This document shows positions 38,797 to 51,800 of a stretch of 64,000 nucleotides of DNA, piece by piece. The notes below the pieces were generated by a model, which was not told the origin of the DNA, did no database searches, and worked only from the letters and a program-made list of their open reading frames with translations. The translations under genes and the position numbers were made by a program. Origin of the DNA: Yuukianura sp. NJ FZ-2021 (Eukaryota); assembly GCA_046563655.1 (NCBI GenBank), contig CM102286.1, positions 7,130,001-7,194,000 on the forward strand, in the 5' to 3' direction. Each line of letters starts with the position of its first letter. Positions within the stretch are counted from its first letter, which is position 1.

Positions 38797-39887
38797 AAGC
38801 TACAGCTAGTCTTTGAAATATAAGAATGAAGAAATGAAATAAGTTTTAGGCTACGAAGGGAAAATATTTTTCACTGCTCTGCTCTGTGTTATCTAGAATT
38901 TGAGAACTGAAAATACTAGAAAAAATTTAAGATCAGTTTCATTTTCTAAGATAACTTGCAAATATTATTTTCTCTTCCATACACTTATTAATGTTGAAAG
39001 AAGCTTGCAGGGTATATGTTTCGTAAATCCCTTGACCTGTTGCATAAAAGGTAGTACTTGACAGAAAATGTTGTCTGTGGAACATAGTATACATGTACCA
39101 ATCTGTATCTATGGGACATTAAGTCAAGAGCTAAATGGAGACAGTAGTATCTAGCAGACTTAGGAAAGAGAATGAAAAAAGCTGGAGTGGAGAAATGATG
39201 AATTGGATTGGTTGAGAAGAAAGCACAGAGAAAGTATAGAGACTTGAAGGCAGTGTTTCGTACAGTAACTGAAGTCGTCTTCCTTCCACAGACGAAATCT
39301 TAATCAGCTAAGATAGGAAAAATTGCATTAAAGTGGAACTACTCCTGGGAATTTCAGCGGAGCAATATCTTTCTTAGGATCACAAGGGGGAAAACAGAAG
39401 GTTTTTGTGTATGTGCTATTTAATAAGGGAGAAAGCAAAAGGCTGTGCAAAAAAAGAAAAAAGAAAAGTCGTGACCACGGAGAAACAAAATAATAGAAGA
39501 GAAACAAGAAAATGACGATACATATATTGTTACTACCAAAAGTTGATGTAAACAAATGTGTGAGCACTTTTGTAACAGTAGCTATATCATATGTAGTAGC
39601 TGTGCGAAAAATTATATTAAACTTTAATTTTAAATTTATTTGAGTTGTACTTGTACTAGGCCTAAACGATTTTACTCAGAGCCTATCTAAGAACATATTT
39701 TTGTTAAAAACAGGAAATTAGAAAATTGTAAATCTAAACACAACGCCAGCAAATTTAACATCCGGAGGCCTATTGTTCAGGATGTTTCTAAAGCATTAAA
39801 ATTGATTTAGAAAAAAGTACCTTACAGCTAAGTAGAGGGAATTCAGTTAAGGCATTTCAAAATAACGCACGCCTAATGGTAACCAAT

Positions 39888-39929
39888 ATTTCAGTGACTT
39901 AATCCTAATTAGGATTAAGTCACTGAAAT
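39888..39929. repeat. Perfect 42-bp palindrome
   Basis: atttcagtgacttaatcctaa immediately followed by its exact reverse complement ttaggattaagtcactgaaat. Confidence 0.95.
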
Positions 39930-41796
39930 GAAAGTGTTAACACTTTTGAACCAAACAAGGTTTAACAAAACTGATTAACCGTAACTTTAGGTAAAAATCC
40001 GACAGTAAACTGTTGATATTAATGAATTTACTTGCTTTAGGTTATCTATAGGTTATGTTAGGAATCTATTGCTTTTGCATATAATGGCTGGTTACAACCT
40101 CGGTGAGCTATACGACGTCTCTGCACCTATTAAGCAAACTCGGTTTCAATTACATCCTTAGGGGGGAACCCGTGATCAATGGAAATTGAAGTGTTTTGGT
40201 AAGGATGATTCTACTTTTCTCCTACTTTCTCCATTTGGCCTACCTCATCATCATTTTCTTCATCTTATTTGGAAAAGTAGGCGAGGAGTCGTGATGATAA
40301 GGGGCAAATTGGTAGTCTCAGAGCAGGAATCAATCTTCGGTCGGAAGAGGATAGTTCGAAGCTCCTTCAAATTTGGATAATAAAGGAGGCCTTCGTAGAA
40401 ACTGGAAAATGAAAAATTTCATGGTGAGAATGAAGGATCCATGAGTAGGACATGTGGGAATTGCGATATGGAAAACGGCGGGAAAGCAGGGAAGTAGACG
40501 ACTTTCTCCGCATCCCATTTCTCTCCATGCTTCTTTTGGAATGTGAACTCACTATCTGCTCAGTCAGCAAAATAGGAAAGAAAACTAATAAAATAATTTA
40601 CTCACCTTTGGACTCACTTCAAGTTAAGGGGGAGGGATGAAATGAAAAATTGATAGAAAAAAGGAGATCCGCATGTCATCATCAGGACTTGACATCGCAT
40701 CGTCGGTAATGAGGTGACTATAAGATTGTAGTTTATGAAAGCTAGAAACACAAAGTGACATGTCCTTCCAATTCACTTTTCTTTGTGATATCCTATTTAA
40801 GTACTGGCTCTATTAGCTCCGTACTGTGTCGAAGATTTTGCACAATAATGTATATTCAACTACACAAATTATGGGGTGCTCATCGGCTGGTCAGTCAACA
40901 ACGACTTTTAGATGTTTAAAAAAAAAATAAAAATCAGGAATCAGGAAAAATCCAAACATAAGAGATCTTAAATCGGCTCAGTAGTTTACATGCACAGAGA
41001 TAATAAAAATGTATAAATATAAATATGTAAAAATACGAAATATAAATAATAAAAAAAATGCTCCCCGACATGTCCACAGATATAAACCTTTGTATAAGGA
41101 ATATGCGATTACGATAAAGTTTTTATTTGTGTTTGCTCGTTCTTAAACCACTCTACTTGAATCTTGCACTACAAATTCCACAAATCACATGCAGATCTAC
41201 TCCCTTTCGTATGGCAGCAAATCTACAAATGTTATTCCACTTACGATTAAGTCAAGAAAGTCTGACTTTCTCTGTTGAAAAAGGAATTCCTATGTACCTT
41301 GATCGCTTTTTAAAAGCTCCCTCCTGCTCCTCTAGCAGAATGACGGCAAGTCAGTAGTCCGTGAAAGCTACTTAACTCACAATAAGTTCGCTCTTAATCC
41401 CAGAGCCAATTCACCACGCAAATGCTGAGTATTTTCCGATTTCCCACGGTGGCTGCGTCCGTCGTGACTTGAACGTGGGTTTCGTCCAAGGACTTTCCGA
41501 AGTAGTACTACTATTAAAATACTAAAGTGCATAAGGTTGATGGTTGTAAACACTTTATGCTAGAAACGTTCTTTTGTATTGTAGTCTCCAAAAGGTGACC
41601 AACAACTTAGGACGCAACGAGCAACGCCGAACGTTGTTCGACGAGAAAATTCCTCTTGAACTAACTGAAATTAAAAAGCAGTCGTTAATGTTCTACCGTC
41701 AGAAGATTGAATTTTTTGAGTGTTGGTTCGTATTTCCTTATGGCTTATCGCTAGTCGGGCATTGGCAAATACAGCTCAGATTTAAAGTACGAATTA

Positions 41797-42347
41797 AGGG
41801 GGCGAGTTGGCTCAGTGGTTAAACCATCAATGCTTTTCCACTGGCCGGCCTGGGTTCGCACCCAGTCAGCGGGAGAGGAAAAAAGAAGTCGAGGCCGTGG
41901 GTCCTCCCTGTCCCGAAGCAGGGAGGCAAGTGCTGGACTTCTGCCTTTCCTGTGGCTGCTGTGTGGACACCCCAAGATAGAGGAGAGTGTCCGGGGTACC
42001 ACATCTGCAAGAACTGCCTGCTGTGGTCACAGTACCAAGCTGACCTTGAGTCAGAGGTCTGTGATCATCAATGTCAGCAGGTAAGAGCTTCGCAGATGTT
42101 GGTGTTTACAGATTACAACTCCTTGAACCAGTCCATTAAGCAAAAAATACTCATTCAATCTGATTTGTTTATCGGAATACGGACGACCTCCGTATGGTGA
42201 TAGCATTCAGATTATCATAATGTGTGTTTGCTCAGAAAGGACAAAAAATAACGCTGTTTCTAAAAGGGGTTGATGTTGAAATATTCCATATAAGCGAATG
42301 CTATATATATAAATATATATAAAGTATGCTATATATATAAATATATA
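41797..42347 (+). mobile_element. Full-length tRNA-derived SINE with 14-bp target-site duplication
   Basis: Pol III A box TGGCTCAGTGG (41808-41818) and B box GGTTCGCACCC (41853-41863) inside a T-arm-like hairpin; GC-rich structured body; (TA)n-rich tail; direct repeat TAAAGTACGAATTA at 41783-41796 and 42348-42361. Confidence 0.87.
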
Positions 42348-42896
42348 TAAAGTACGAATTACGATACAAACGGCGTGCTGAGGTTTCTTAGACGTGGGTT
42401 TTGAACGTTAGAGAGAATTTCACATTTTTGAGTTTTTCTGTGTTTTGCTTGGCTTCCACTTTTTTCAAAAAGATCAGGAGCAATGCGTGGTTTGTAGAGA
42501 AAACAAAGGTATTATAACTGCAAAATAAACTTTAAACTGCCATTTCTTGTGCCAATTTTTAATTTTATTTTCTTGAAAAGTCGACGACGATTGTGTCTGG
42601 TAGACGCTGAAGTGCTTTCTGAAATCTAGCCAAAGGAGACTTACAAAAACGCGTCGATAATACTTTCCCATTCCAGTCCTTTCTCCGAGTTTCACCAGGT
42701 ATCATCTTTCTCTCTGCTGCAATAGGCACGCCACTTTTCATACTAATATCAAAACAAACATGTTTTACCAATATGGTGATTCCATATACTAACTCCTGTT
42801 AAACGAAGTATAAATAATTTCTATTAATGTATCGTTAACTCAGCCTGCGTCTCAAAATATTTAAAAGAAGTTGGTTTCAACATTAACCATACCAAG

Positions 42897-45800
42897 ATGA
42901 AATCTCTCGTGCTGTTTTTGGTATTCATCGGATCAGGTAACGATCGTTAACCTTTCTTAACACAGTTTTTTGGGTTGCGGTATTAAATCATTCGGCGTCA
43001 CACTAAAACTTTTTTTGTACATCTTCTTTTCAAAATGTGTTCCCACGAGGTCGCCTGCAGTTCTTCGAGAAATCCTAAAACAATTTATAAAATTACTATT
43101 GTAACAAAAAATATTACCATTCAAATTGTAAAAATTAAGAGCCTAATCGGCAGAAATGACAACTTTTGTCGATGGGGTACTAGTTACTTGACCTTTTACG
43201 TTTAACAACGCGATGTTCAGCTTTGTTTCTTTCAACGTAACTATAAACAGAAAGACACACTATCGCTTACTATATGTAGTATCACGTTTTAAATTTTTTT
43301 TTTCGAAACTTAAGAGAAAACGTTCTGGTAAAGTAGCAATTTTTTTTAATTCCAGTTTCCAAAAATTAATTAGGGCAAAGTGCCACTTTAAATGAAGTTA
43401 ACAGAAAATTGGAGTAAAAGTTCAATTACTTTCGCTGTTTTACATAACCTATAAAGTATAGGAAGCGATCGTACAAAGACTGCCACGGTTTATAACAACG
43501 TATGCAAGTAGCATTTAGAATTAGATGTTAGAATACGAAAAAAACTCATCTTCACTTTCCTTGCTGCTTGTTTGTAAACAAAGTGTAAACAAACAATCCA
43601 CACTACTAAAAAGTTTTGCAAAAAAATTAAAAAACGGCTCTTGAGAGACTACCTTAGTAAGCGGCAGTGTTTTTTTTAAGTGCTTGCTGCCTCCATGCTT
43701 GAAAAAATGTCCCTGGTTTTATTACATTGAAAAGTGTTCGATGAAAGTCAGCTAAAACACATGCACTCTCTAATGAAAGTAAACGGAATATCTTCATTTC
43801 ATTTTTTAAATAACTTTTACTGTTTATACTACGTAGGACATAGTTTTGTATGTTTGGCTTGGCTTTATCACTCTAATTTGTCCTTATGCCAGTGTAGTGT
43901 CAAACAATGGAGAAAAGGTGAGGGGTAGGAGATCGCCAGACTCTAATCCCATAAAAAGACGGAAAAAGTCTTGGATCCTTTGAGGAAACTTTGATGCCCA
44001 AAGTGGAGAAGGAAAAAAGACGTAACGAAGAAACAATGGTTGATGAGTCGACTAATAATAAGCGGATTCTGCCGTTTGATTTGGAGTCGATGTCTTTGGC
44101 CCCATTGTTTGAGTGGTGAAAGGACAGAAGAGAGTAGGGAAACTTATTCCCTTCCATGGTTACTTCCGCTCCATTACGCCCAAGGAGGGGAGCTTATTAA
44201 AGAACCAACTGAAAAGTTATACCTTTCGATGAATGAAGGGAAACGCGTTTTTTCTGTGTTTTTTTTTTAAATCCCACACTTTCACTTTTCCCATCCAGAA
44301 TTCCCTTCCCTGTTAGCTAAAGCCACAGACCTACTTGTCCATCTCCATCTTCTTGAAAAGCTCCCCTCCAGAACCGCCTGGTGGGCAAAGGACGCTTCTT
44401 TCTTGTCGACTTAATGCATTAGGAAAACGTAAATCTTTGGCCATTGATTTTCAATTTGGCATTTGAGTGGCGCCCAAACTCAAACTCATCCTTCCTTTCA
44501 TGTTTCAAAGTGGCGGAATCGCTGAAACTCTACCGTGTTCACGTCCCACATTACCGCCTGGAGAACGAAGACGCCTTCCTGGAATGTGACTACGATCTTG
44601 GAAATGCCCGCCTCTACGCTGTCAAATGGTACAAGGACAATGAGGAGTTCTTTCGCTTCGTCCCCAGATTCAAACCGCCGATAAAGACGCATTCAGTGGA
44701 GGGAGTTAGTGTGGAAGTAAGGCCTTTTCCGCCCATTCTTCAAAAAGTCACCACAGAAACCACTAAAGGAAAGTTTTGTTCCAAATAGATCGGGGAGTCG
44801 GATTCCAAAGGCATTCTGCTCAAGTCCTTGGATTTGGGCTCAACAGGCGTTTATCGCTGCGAAATTTCAACGGAAGCACCTTACTTTCTCACGGTTCGTG
44901 GTGAAGGCAGAATGACTGTTGTTCGTAAGTTTTCACCAACAACCTTATCCTTACCCACTGCTTGGAAACTTGGCCCTAAGCAAACACGCACACCGCAGGA
45001 AACCATGTCACGTGCCAAAATGAACACAGTTTACGTAACGCTTATCACACTTTAGATTTGTCACAGAGCGCTGTTTACATCCTAACGGATAAGTTACTCC
45101 AACTATGAAGCTGCAAATATTTTTAACTCTAACAAACTGAGCTTTCAAATCAAAGATTTGACTCCCAAACTGCTAGAACTTCTATGTCTCACAATTCGTT
45201 GCAAATACTAAGCACAGTTTACTATTTAGAAAGGCTTCGAAAAACATAAAAAAATACATCGAAATAATTCATCGAAAGAACAGAGAAAGCTGAGACGAGT
45301 TTTTTTGCGTGGAAAAGCTTGAAAACGGTTTGTATCTGTTGGCGGGTAAACCGACGGTTCATAATCTTAGGCTAATTCTAGTTTACATTTCTCATGCATT
45401 TCAATTCTTAGAATAAGGTATTAGGTTATTTTTACTTTAGTGGCAGGCAGTAGAAACACTCGTTTCTTCCCTTCTAAACATCTAACTTACACACACTAAT
45501 TTACATTGTGTTCTCATTCTGGTGTTTTCTTTACATTACTAAGGATTAGGAATACTCATTCCTCCCTTTACAATTCAATTCGCTTCGTAGTTTATAAATA
45601 CTAGTGACACACAGTCACTCAGAGTTCAGTCTACTTTCAGCTTTGTAACCGTCTTCTTTTTCCTATTCTAAACATTCAATAAACAAAATAACGTAAATCT
45701 CGATGTCTTGATCTCTCTGTGGCTTCACCACAAGTCATTCACTTGCTCTCCCACATTTCTCATCTGGAGGTCACGGAGGTCAACGAACATTTTGGTGCCG

Positions 45801-48800
45801 AAAGACGGTTACTGCCGAAAGCCTGGACCCAGACTGACACCACTTCACATTCAACATGGCGGAAGTCCTCTCACTCGTCCTTAAGCGAACAGCCCAGAAG
45901 CACAAACTGGCGAAAATCCTACGGGACGTAAGTAGCACGGATTCTCCACCTACTCAGTTTGAACTCCACAAACTGCTGGATCAAACTGAAAAGATCGAAG
46001 GTACTGTCCAATCCATTCAAAATGAAATCCTAACGTATATGTCTAATGAGGATGATTTAATGCCTCAACTTGAAGCTTCAGAACAGATTGATGACATGAT
46101 TGTTAAGATCCATGGTCTTATCAATGGAGAGTTAGCGAAGCTGGACTCCAACACCCAGAGTGGATCCACCCTAACCTCCGCTCCGTCAGTCGTTCATCCA
46201 TCGTCTAAGGTCAAGTTACCTAAGCTTGACCTTCCTACTTTCTCTGGCAGTTACGAAGACTGGCCATCCTTCCGAGACCAATTCGAGGCTTCCATCGTCA
46301 ACAATGGCAGTTTGTCTGGTTGCGAAAAGCTGCAGTATCTAAAGTCATCTCTCAAGGACGATGCACTAAAGATAGTCTCGCCATTCGTAATCACTAATGC
46401 TAATTTTCAGGATGCTTGGGATTTGTGTATCGAGCGATACAACAACACGCGCGAGATCGCATTTTCATTGTTGCGAAAATTATTTAATCTTTCTAAACTC
46501 TTTCAGGAAAACGCGACTTCACTGAGGAACCTGGTTGACACTTTCGACCAGTGCGTGAGACAGTTACGGAACCTTAACCGTAACGTTGACCAATGGGACG
46601 ATGTTCTGGTCTTTACCATAATGGAAAAGTTGGACCCTGACACCAAGAGGGAATTCGCCATCCAACTATCAGGAACGAACGTTCCTACGTACAAAGAGGT
46701 CAAAGACTTCCTTGAGCAACATATCCGTGGTCTCCAGAGCATCTCATCAGCGTCAACAAAACAACCTCAGAAGTCCGTTGACCGTAAGAAGGTCCATGCA
46801 GTGAACACTGCAAAATGCGTTCTTTGCTCAGAGCCACACCCACTATTCAAATGTGGGAAGTTCAATGCCATGACCATTGCTCAACGGATGGACACAGCCA
46901 AAGCTCAGCATCGATGTTTCAATTGTCTCGGTCTTGCTCATACTCCCAAGAACTGTCATTCCAAGTCTCGCTGTCGTGTGTGTCAAAAGCCACATCACAC
47001 TCTTTTGCATATCAACAATGAAGTCGTTCCTTTCACAAACCAGGTAACCAATCCTAATGCTCATTTGACTAATCCTTCTACTTCTGTTCCCACAGCCAGT
47101 TGTAATCACAACTCCGGCTATGGAGTCCTCCTTGGAACGGCAGAAGTCTACGTAATGGATGCTACTGGAGCCTACCAAACCTGCCGTGTCCTTCTGGATC
47201 CAGGAGCTGAGGTTTCCTTTAGCACCGATCGGTGCTGTCAGCGACTTGGTCTCTCACAGACAAAGTCCAACGTCACCATCAACGGAGTTGGTGCTACTAC
47301 AGTTGGTAAAGCAAAGGGAAAAACCATGTTGCAAATCAAATCTAAATGTAATGATTTTACGTTGTCGGTGGAAGCTCTTGTTCTCTCCCAGGTCACAGGT
47401 CAACTGCCCTCCTTTAGGTGCGGTGACACCTGGAAAGAATGGACCCACCTTCAGAATCTGACCTTGGCTGACCCCAGATACATTGACCCGAGGGAAGTTG
47501 ACATTCTACTTGGGGCTGAGGTCACACACAGAATCTTCACTGGTCAGACTCTTTCTTCTCGGGTTGATCAACCCGCTGCTTGCTCGAGCCACTTCGGATG
47601 GGTGGTCATGGGACCAGTCCATACTCCACCAGTGCAGTCATACACGGCCCACTGCCACACCGTCTCTCTGGATGGAGCCATCCAACGCTTGTGGGAACTC
47701 GATCACGTCCCAACTCGGATGCAGTTGACACAAGAGGAGAGTGACGCAGAGAACCACTTTACAACTCATCACTCTCGTACACAGGATGGAAGATACATTG
47801 TTCCACTTCCATTCAAACCCAACATTTCGGAACTCGGATCATCACGATCAATCGCATTACGGAGGCTCCACCACACTGAACGTCGGCTGGATCGACTCCC
47901 GCAACACAAAAGTGAGTACGTAAAGTTCATAAATGATTATCTCAATTTAGGTCACATGGAACAAGTCCCACCATCGGAAGAAGGAGAACAATTCAAGGAT
48001 GGATCCATCCAGACGTACTACCTCCCACATCACTTCGTTTTGAAGGAGGATAGTACAACAACCAAACTTCGTGTGGTTTTTGATGGTTCGTGTGAATCCA
48101 ATTCAGGTTTGTCACTGAATAAGTGCCTAATGGTAGGGCCAACTATTCAACCTGATTTGTTTACGCATCTAATCAAATTCCGATTGGATCCAATCGTCTT
48201 AAAGGCTGACATAACAAAAATGTATCGCCAGTTCTCAGTTTTAGAATCAGACTCCAACTTCCAGCGGATCCTGTGGCGGCCAACTCCTGATCAGCCTATT
48301 CGGGAGTACAGGCTAAAAACAATTACGTATGGAACCTCTTCGGCTCCATTCGGTGCCATTCGGGCCCTCAATCAACTTGCCATGGACGAAGGAGACCACT
48401 TTCCCTTGGCCAGGCAAGCAATAATTGAACGATTTTACGTAGATGATTATCTAGGTGGTGACTCATCAGTTCCAAAAGTGGTGGAAACGTACCACCAATT
48501 AACCAAACTACTCGCTCGTGGACAACTGTCAATCACAAAGTGGACTTCAAACTCTCCGGAAGTCCTACAGGAGATTCCTTCACACCTAGTGGAGATCTCC
48601 ACTCAATCACTGGCGGAGGGATCAAGCACCAAGGCATTGGGCGTTCAATGGACTCCAAATTCTGATCTCCTCCATTTCACTGGATTTAGGTTTGACCAAA
48701 CCTCGGTAATAACAAAACGTACCATTTTAAGTGACATCGCAAAGTTATTTGATCCATTGGGGCTACTCGCTCCATTCGTCGTGTCGGTAAAAGTTTTCTT

Positions 48801-51800
48801 TCAGAGTCTTTGGACCTTGGGCATTGGTTGGGATGATAACCTGCCCGAGGACTTGGTAGAAAGGTGGACCCACCTTGGCTCATCACTGTCATGTCTTAGT
48901 GACATTGCCATTCCACGTTGTGTGATTGTACCAAATTACCAGCGAATGGAATTACATGGATTTTCGGATGCCTCCGAAAGAGCCTATTGTGCCGTGGTCT
49001 ACCTCCGAACTTTTAACAACGATCTACCAACATCACGAATTCTAACTTCCAAGACTAAAGTAGCGCCTGTCAAGGCACAGAGCATACCGAGGCTCGAACT
49101 TTGTGGTGCTTTATTATTATCGAAACTAATCTCTTTTCTTTTATCTAGTTTGGATCCAAACTGTCATGTCTACTGTTGGACTGACAGTGAAATCACTTTG
49201 CGGTGGATCTCGTCTTCTTCTCGTCGCTGGGTCCCATTCGTGGCCAATCGGGTTTCGCAAATCCAAGAGCTCACACCAGTCGAATCTTGGCATTTCATCC
49301 CTGGGACACTCAACCCTGCCGATTGCGGAACAAGAGGGATCCCTCTTAATGAGCTCGTGGATAATCAGCTCTGGTGGAACGGACCGGACTTTCTGTCAGA
49401 ACCACAATTACCTTCGTTCTCCAGTTCACAAACAGTCTCATCTGAGCATCTGAAGGAAGAACGTAAGGTCAAGGTCCTAACTATTCAAATGTCTTTTCCC
49501 ATTCTGAACAGGTACTCATCATTTCTGCAACTCCTTCGTGTCATCGGGTCACTTCTCGGGTTTATGCTGAGAGCTCAGCAGAAGTCGGCACCGACGGCAC
49601 GCTCAGTCGAGTTCTACCGAATGGCCACTCGGAAGGTCATTCAACTGTCACAACAGGAATACTTCCAGGAAGAAATCCAGTCTCTGACAAAAAAGGGTAA
49701 AGTCAGTCAATCCAGTTCGTTGCTCTCTCTTTCCCCATTTTTGGATTCGGATGGATCTCTTCGTGTCGGTGGTCGGCTCCACCTGGCATCGCTCCCAGAA
49801 GCTGCCAAACACCCTCTGATCATACACGGAAAGTCCTCAGTGACTAAACTACTCGTCCAGCATTACCACCACAAGCATCATCATGCTGGGAATCGTCTTC
49901 TGCTCTCACTTCTACGCCAAGACTATTGGATTGTCCACGCACGAGATTTGATCAAATCTGTCATCTCTCGCTGCCTCAGATGTAAGCTGTTGAGACAAAA
50001 GACGGCAACACAACTCATGGGTACACTGCCTCAACCAAGAGTCACGATGTCACCTACGTTTCATCACACTGGTTTGGACTACGCTGGTCCATTTACACTC
50101 CAATCTGTCAAAGGACGAGGCCAGAAACAATTCAAAGGCTACTTCTGCATTTTCATCTGCCTCTCTACGAAAGCCGTTCATGTGGAATTCGGAACCGAAC
50201 TCTCAACCGAATCCTTCCTCGGGACTTTCAAACGGTTTGTATCACGTCGGGGTAACCCACTACATTTGTATTCTGATTGTGGTACCAATTTTGTAGGTGC
50301 TAACAACGAGTTGATGGATTTGGTGAACTCTCACCAGTTCAACTCGGAAGTTTCTTCTTACTTTGCAGAGTCACAAACCCACTGGCATTTTAACCCTCCG
50401 TCTGCTCCTCATCATGGTGGAATCTGGGAGGCAGCAGTACGTTCTGTCAAATTTCATTTGAAGAGGATCATTGGGAGCACCACTTTAACGCTTGAGGAAT
50501 TTGCTACAATTCTTTGCCAAGCGGAAGCAGCGCTAAACTCCCGACCTCTTCAACCGATGTCCAGTGACACATCCGACTTAGGTGTGATCACACCTGGCCA
50601 CTTCCTCGTCGGCAGACCTCTCCTCGCCGCTCCTCAACCAGATCATGCTGATGTCAAGGTCAATCGCCTCTCACGTTGGCAGTTGCAGGAGAAGCTATTC
50701 CAAACGTTCTGGAAGGTCTGGTCGCTTGAATACCTCACATCACTTCAACAACGAGTCAAGTGGACCAAGAAAACCAACAACTTGACAATCGGAGACCTTG
50801 TGGCCATCAAAGATGACAATTTACCTCCGCTAAAATGGAAGCTGGCTCGTGTCATCAACGTCCATCCTGGTCCAGACGGACTAGTCAGAGTCGTCACTCT
50901 TCGTACTGCCCTCGGAGAACTCCAACGTCCCATCGTCAAAATTGTCCCACTTCTATCTAACGACGAGCTCTCTTCAACTTAAGTTCGTATTTTACTTCAT
51001 TTTTAATTCATTTTAATTTTAATTTATCTTAATTTTAAGGCTATGCTAGGTTAAGTCATCTTTTCATTTAGTTAAGATCTTAACTTTTTAGTTTTAAGGT
51101 TTTCACAACATTTAATTTGTAATTTTAAGTTTAACTGATCGATTTATCAACCAGCATGTCAAAGAGTTTCCCACACATTTGTAAGCGGTTTGCTGAGGCC
51201 CTTTGGTTAGAGTCGCTTGAGCTGTAGGAGGTCATGCAAATTGGGTCTCCTTTTAGTTTTGACGGAGGACGAGGGTGACGTTTCGCACTGCCCGAATGAC
51301 CCATCCGACCTACAGTAAGAGTGATTTTGGCCGAGGACTTAGTAGTCCTTACTAATGTATAACGTATTCTTCCGACACGATCGTGTCAGGGGTGGCGGCA
51401 TGTTGGCGGGTAAACCGACGGTTCATAATCTTAGGCTAATTCTAGTTTACATTTCTCATGCATTTCAATTCTTAGAATAAGGTATTAGGTTATTTTTACT
51501 TTAGTGGCAGGCAGTAGAAACACTCGTTTCTTCCCTTCTAAACATCTAACTTACACACACTAATTTACATTGTGTTCTCATTCTGGTGTTTTCTTTACAT
51601 TACTAAGGATTAGGAATACTCATTCCTCCCTTTACAATTCAATTCGCTTCGTAGTTTATAAATACTAGTGACACACAGTCACTCAGAGTTCAGTCTACTT
51701 TCAGCTTTGTAACCGTCTTCTTTTTCCTATTCTAAACATTCAATAAACAAAATAACGTAAATCTCGATGTCTTGATCTCTCTGTGGCTTCACCACAAGTC

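Noticed and set aside
41798..41872. tRNA gene
   Set aside because: A/B boxes and a T-arm are present, but there is no proper acceptor stem or anticodon arm, and it continues into a body and tail bounded by a TSD. It is a SINE head.
41843..41950. HDV-like ribozyme (GGCCGGC start) or SRP RNA
   Set aside because: The nested pseudoknot pairings and the SRP Alu/S-domain motifs could not be built. GGCCGGC falls within the tRNA-like head.
46503..50939. Small overlapping ORFs within the retrotransposon
   Set aside because: Alternative or antisense frames of gag-pol with no independent signals.
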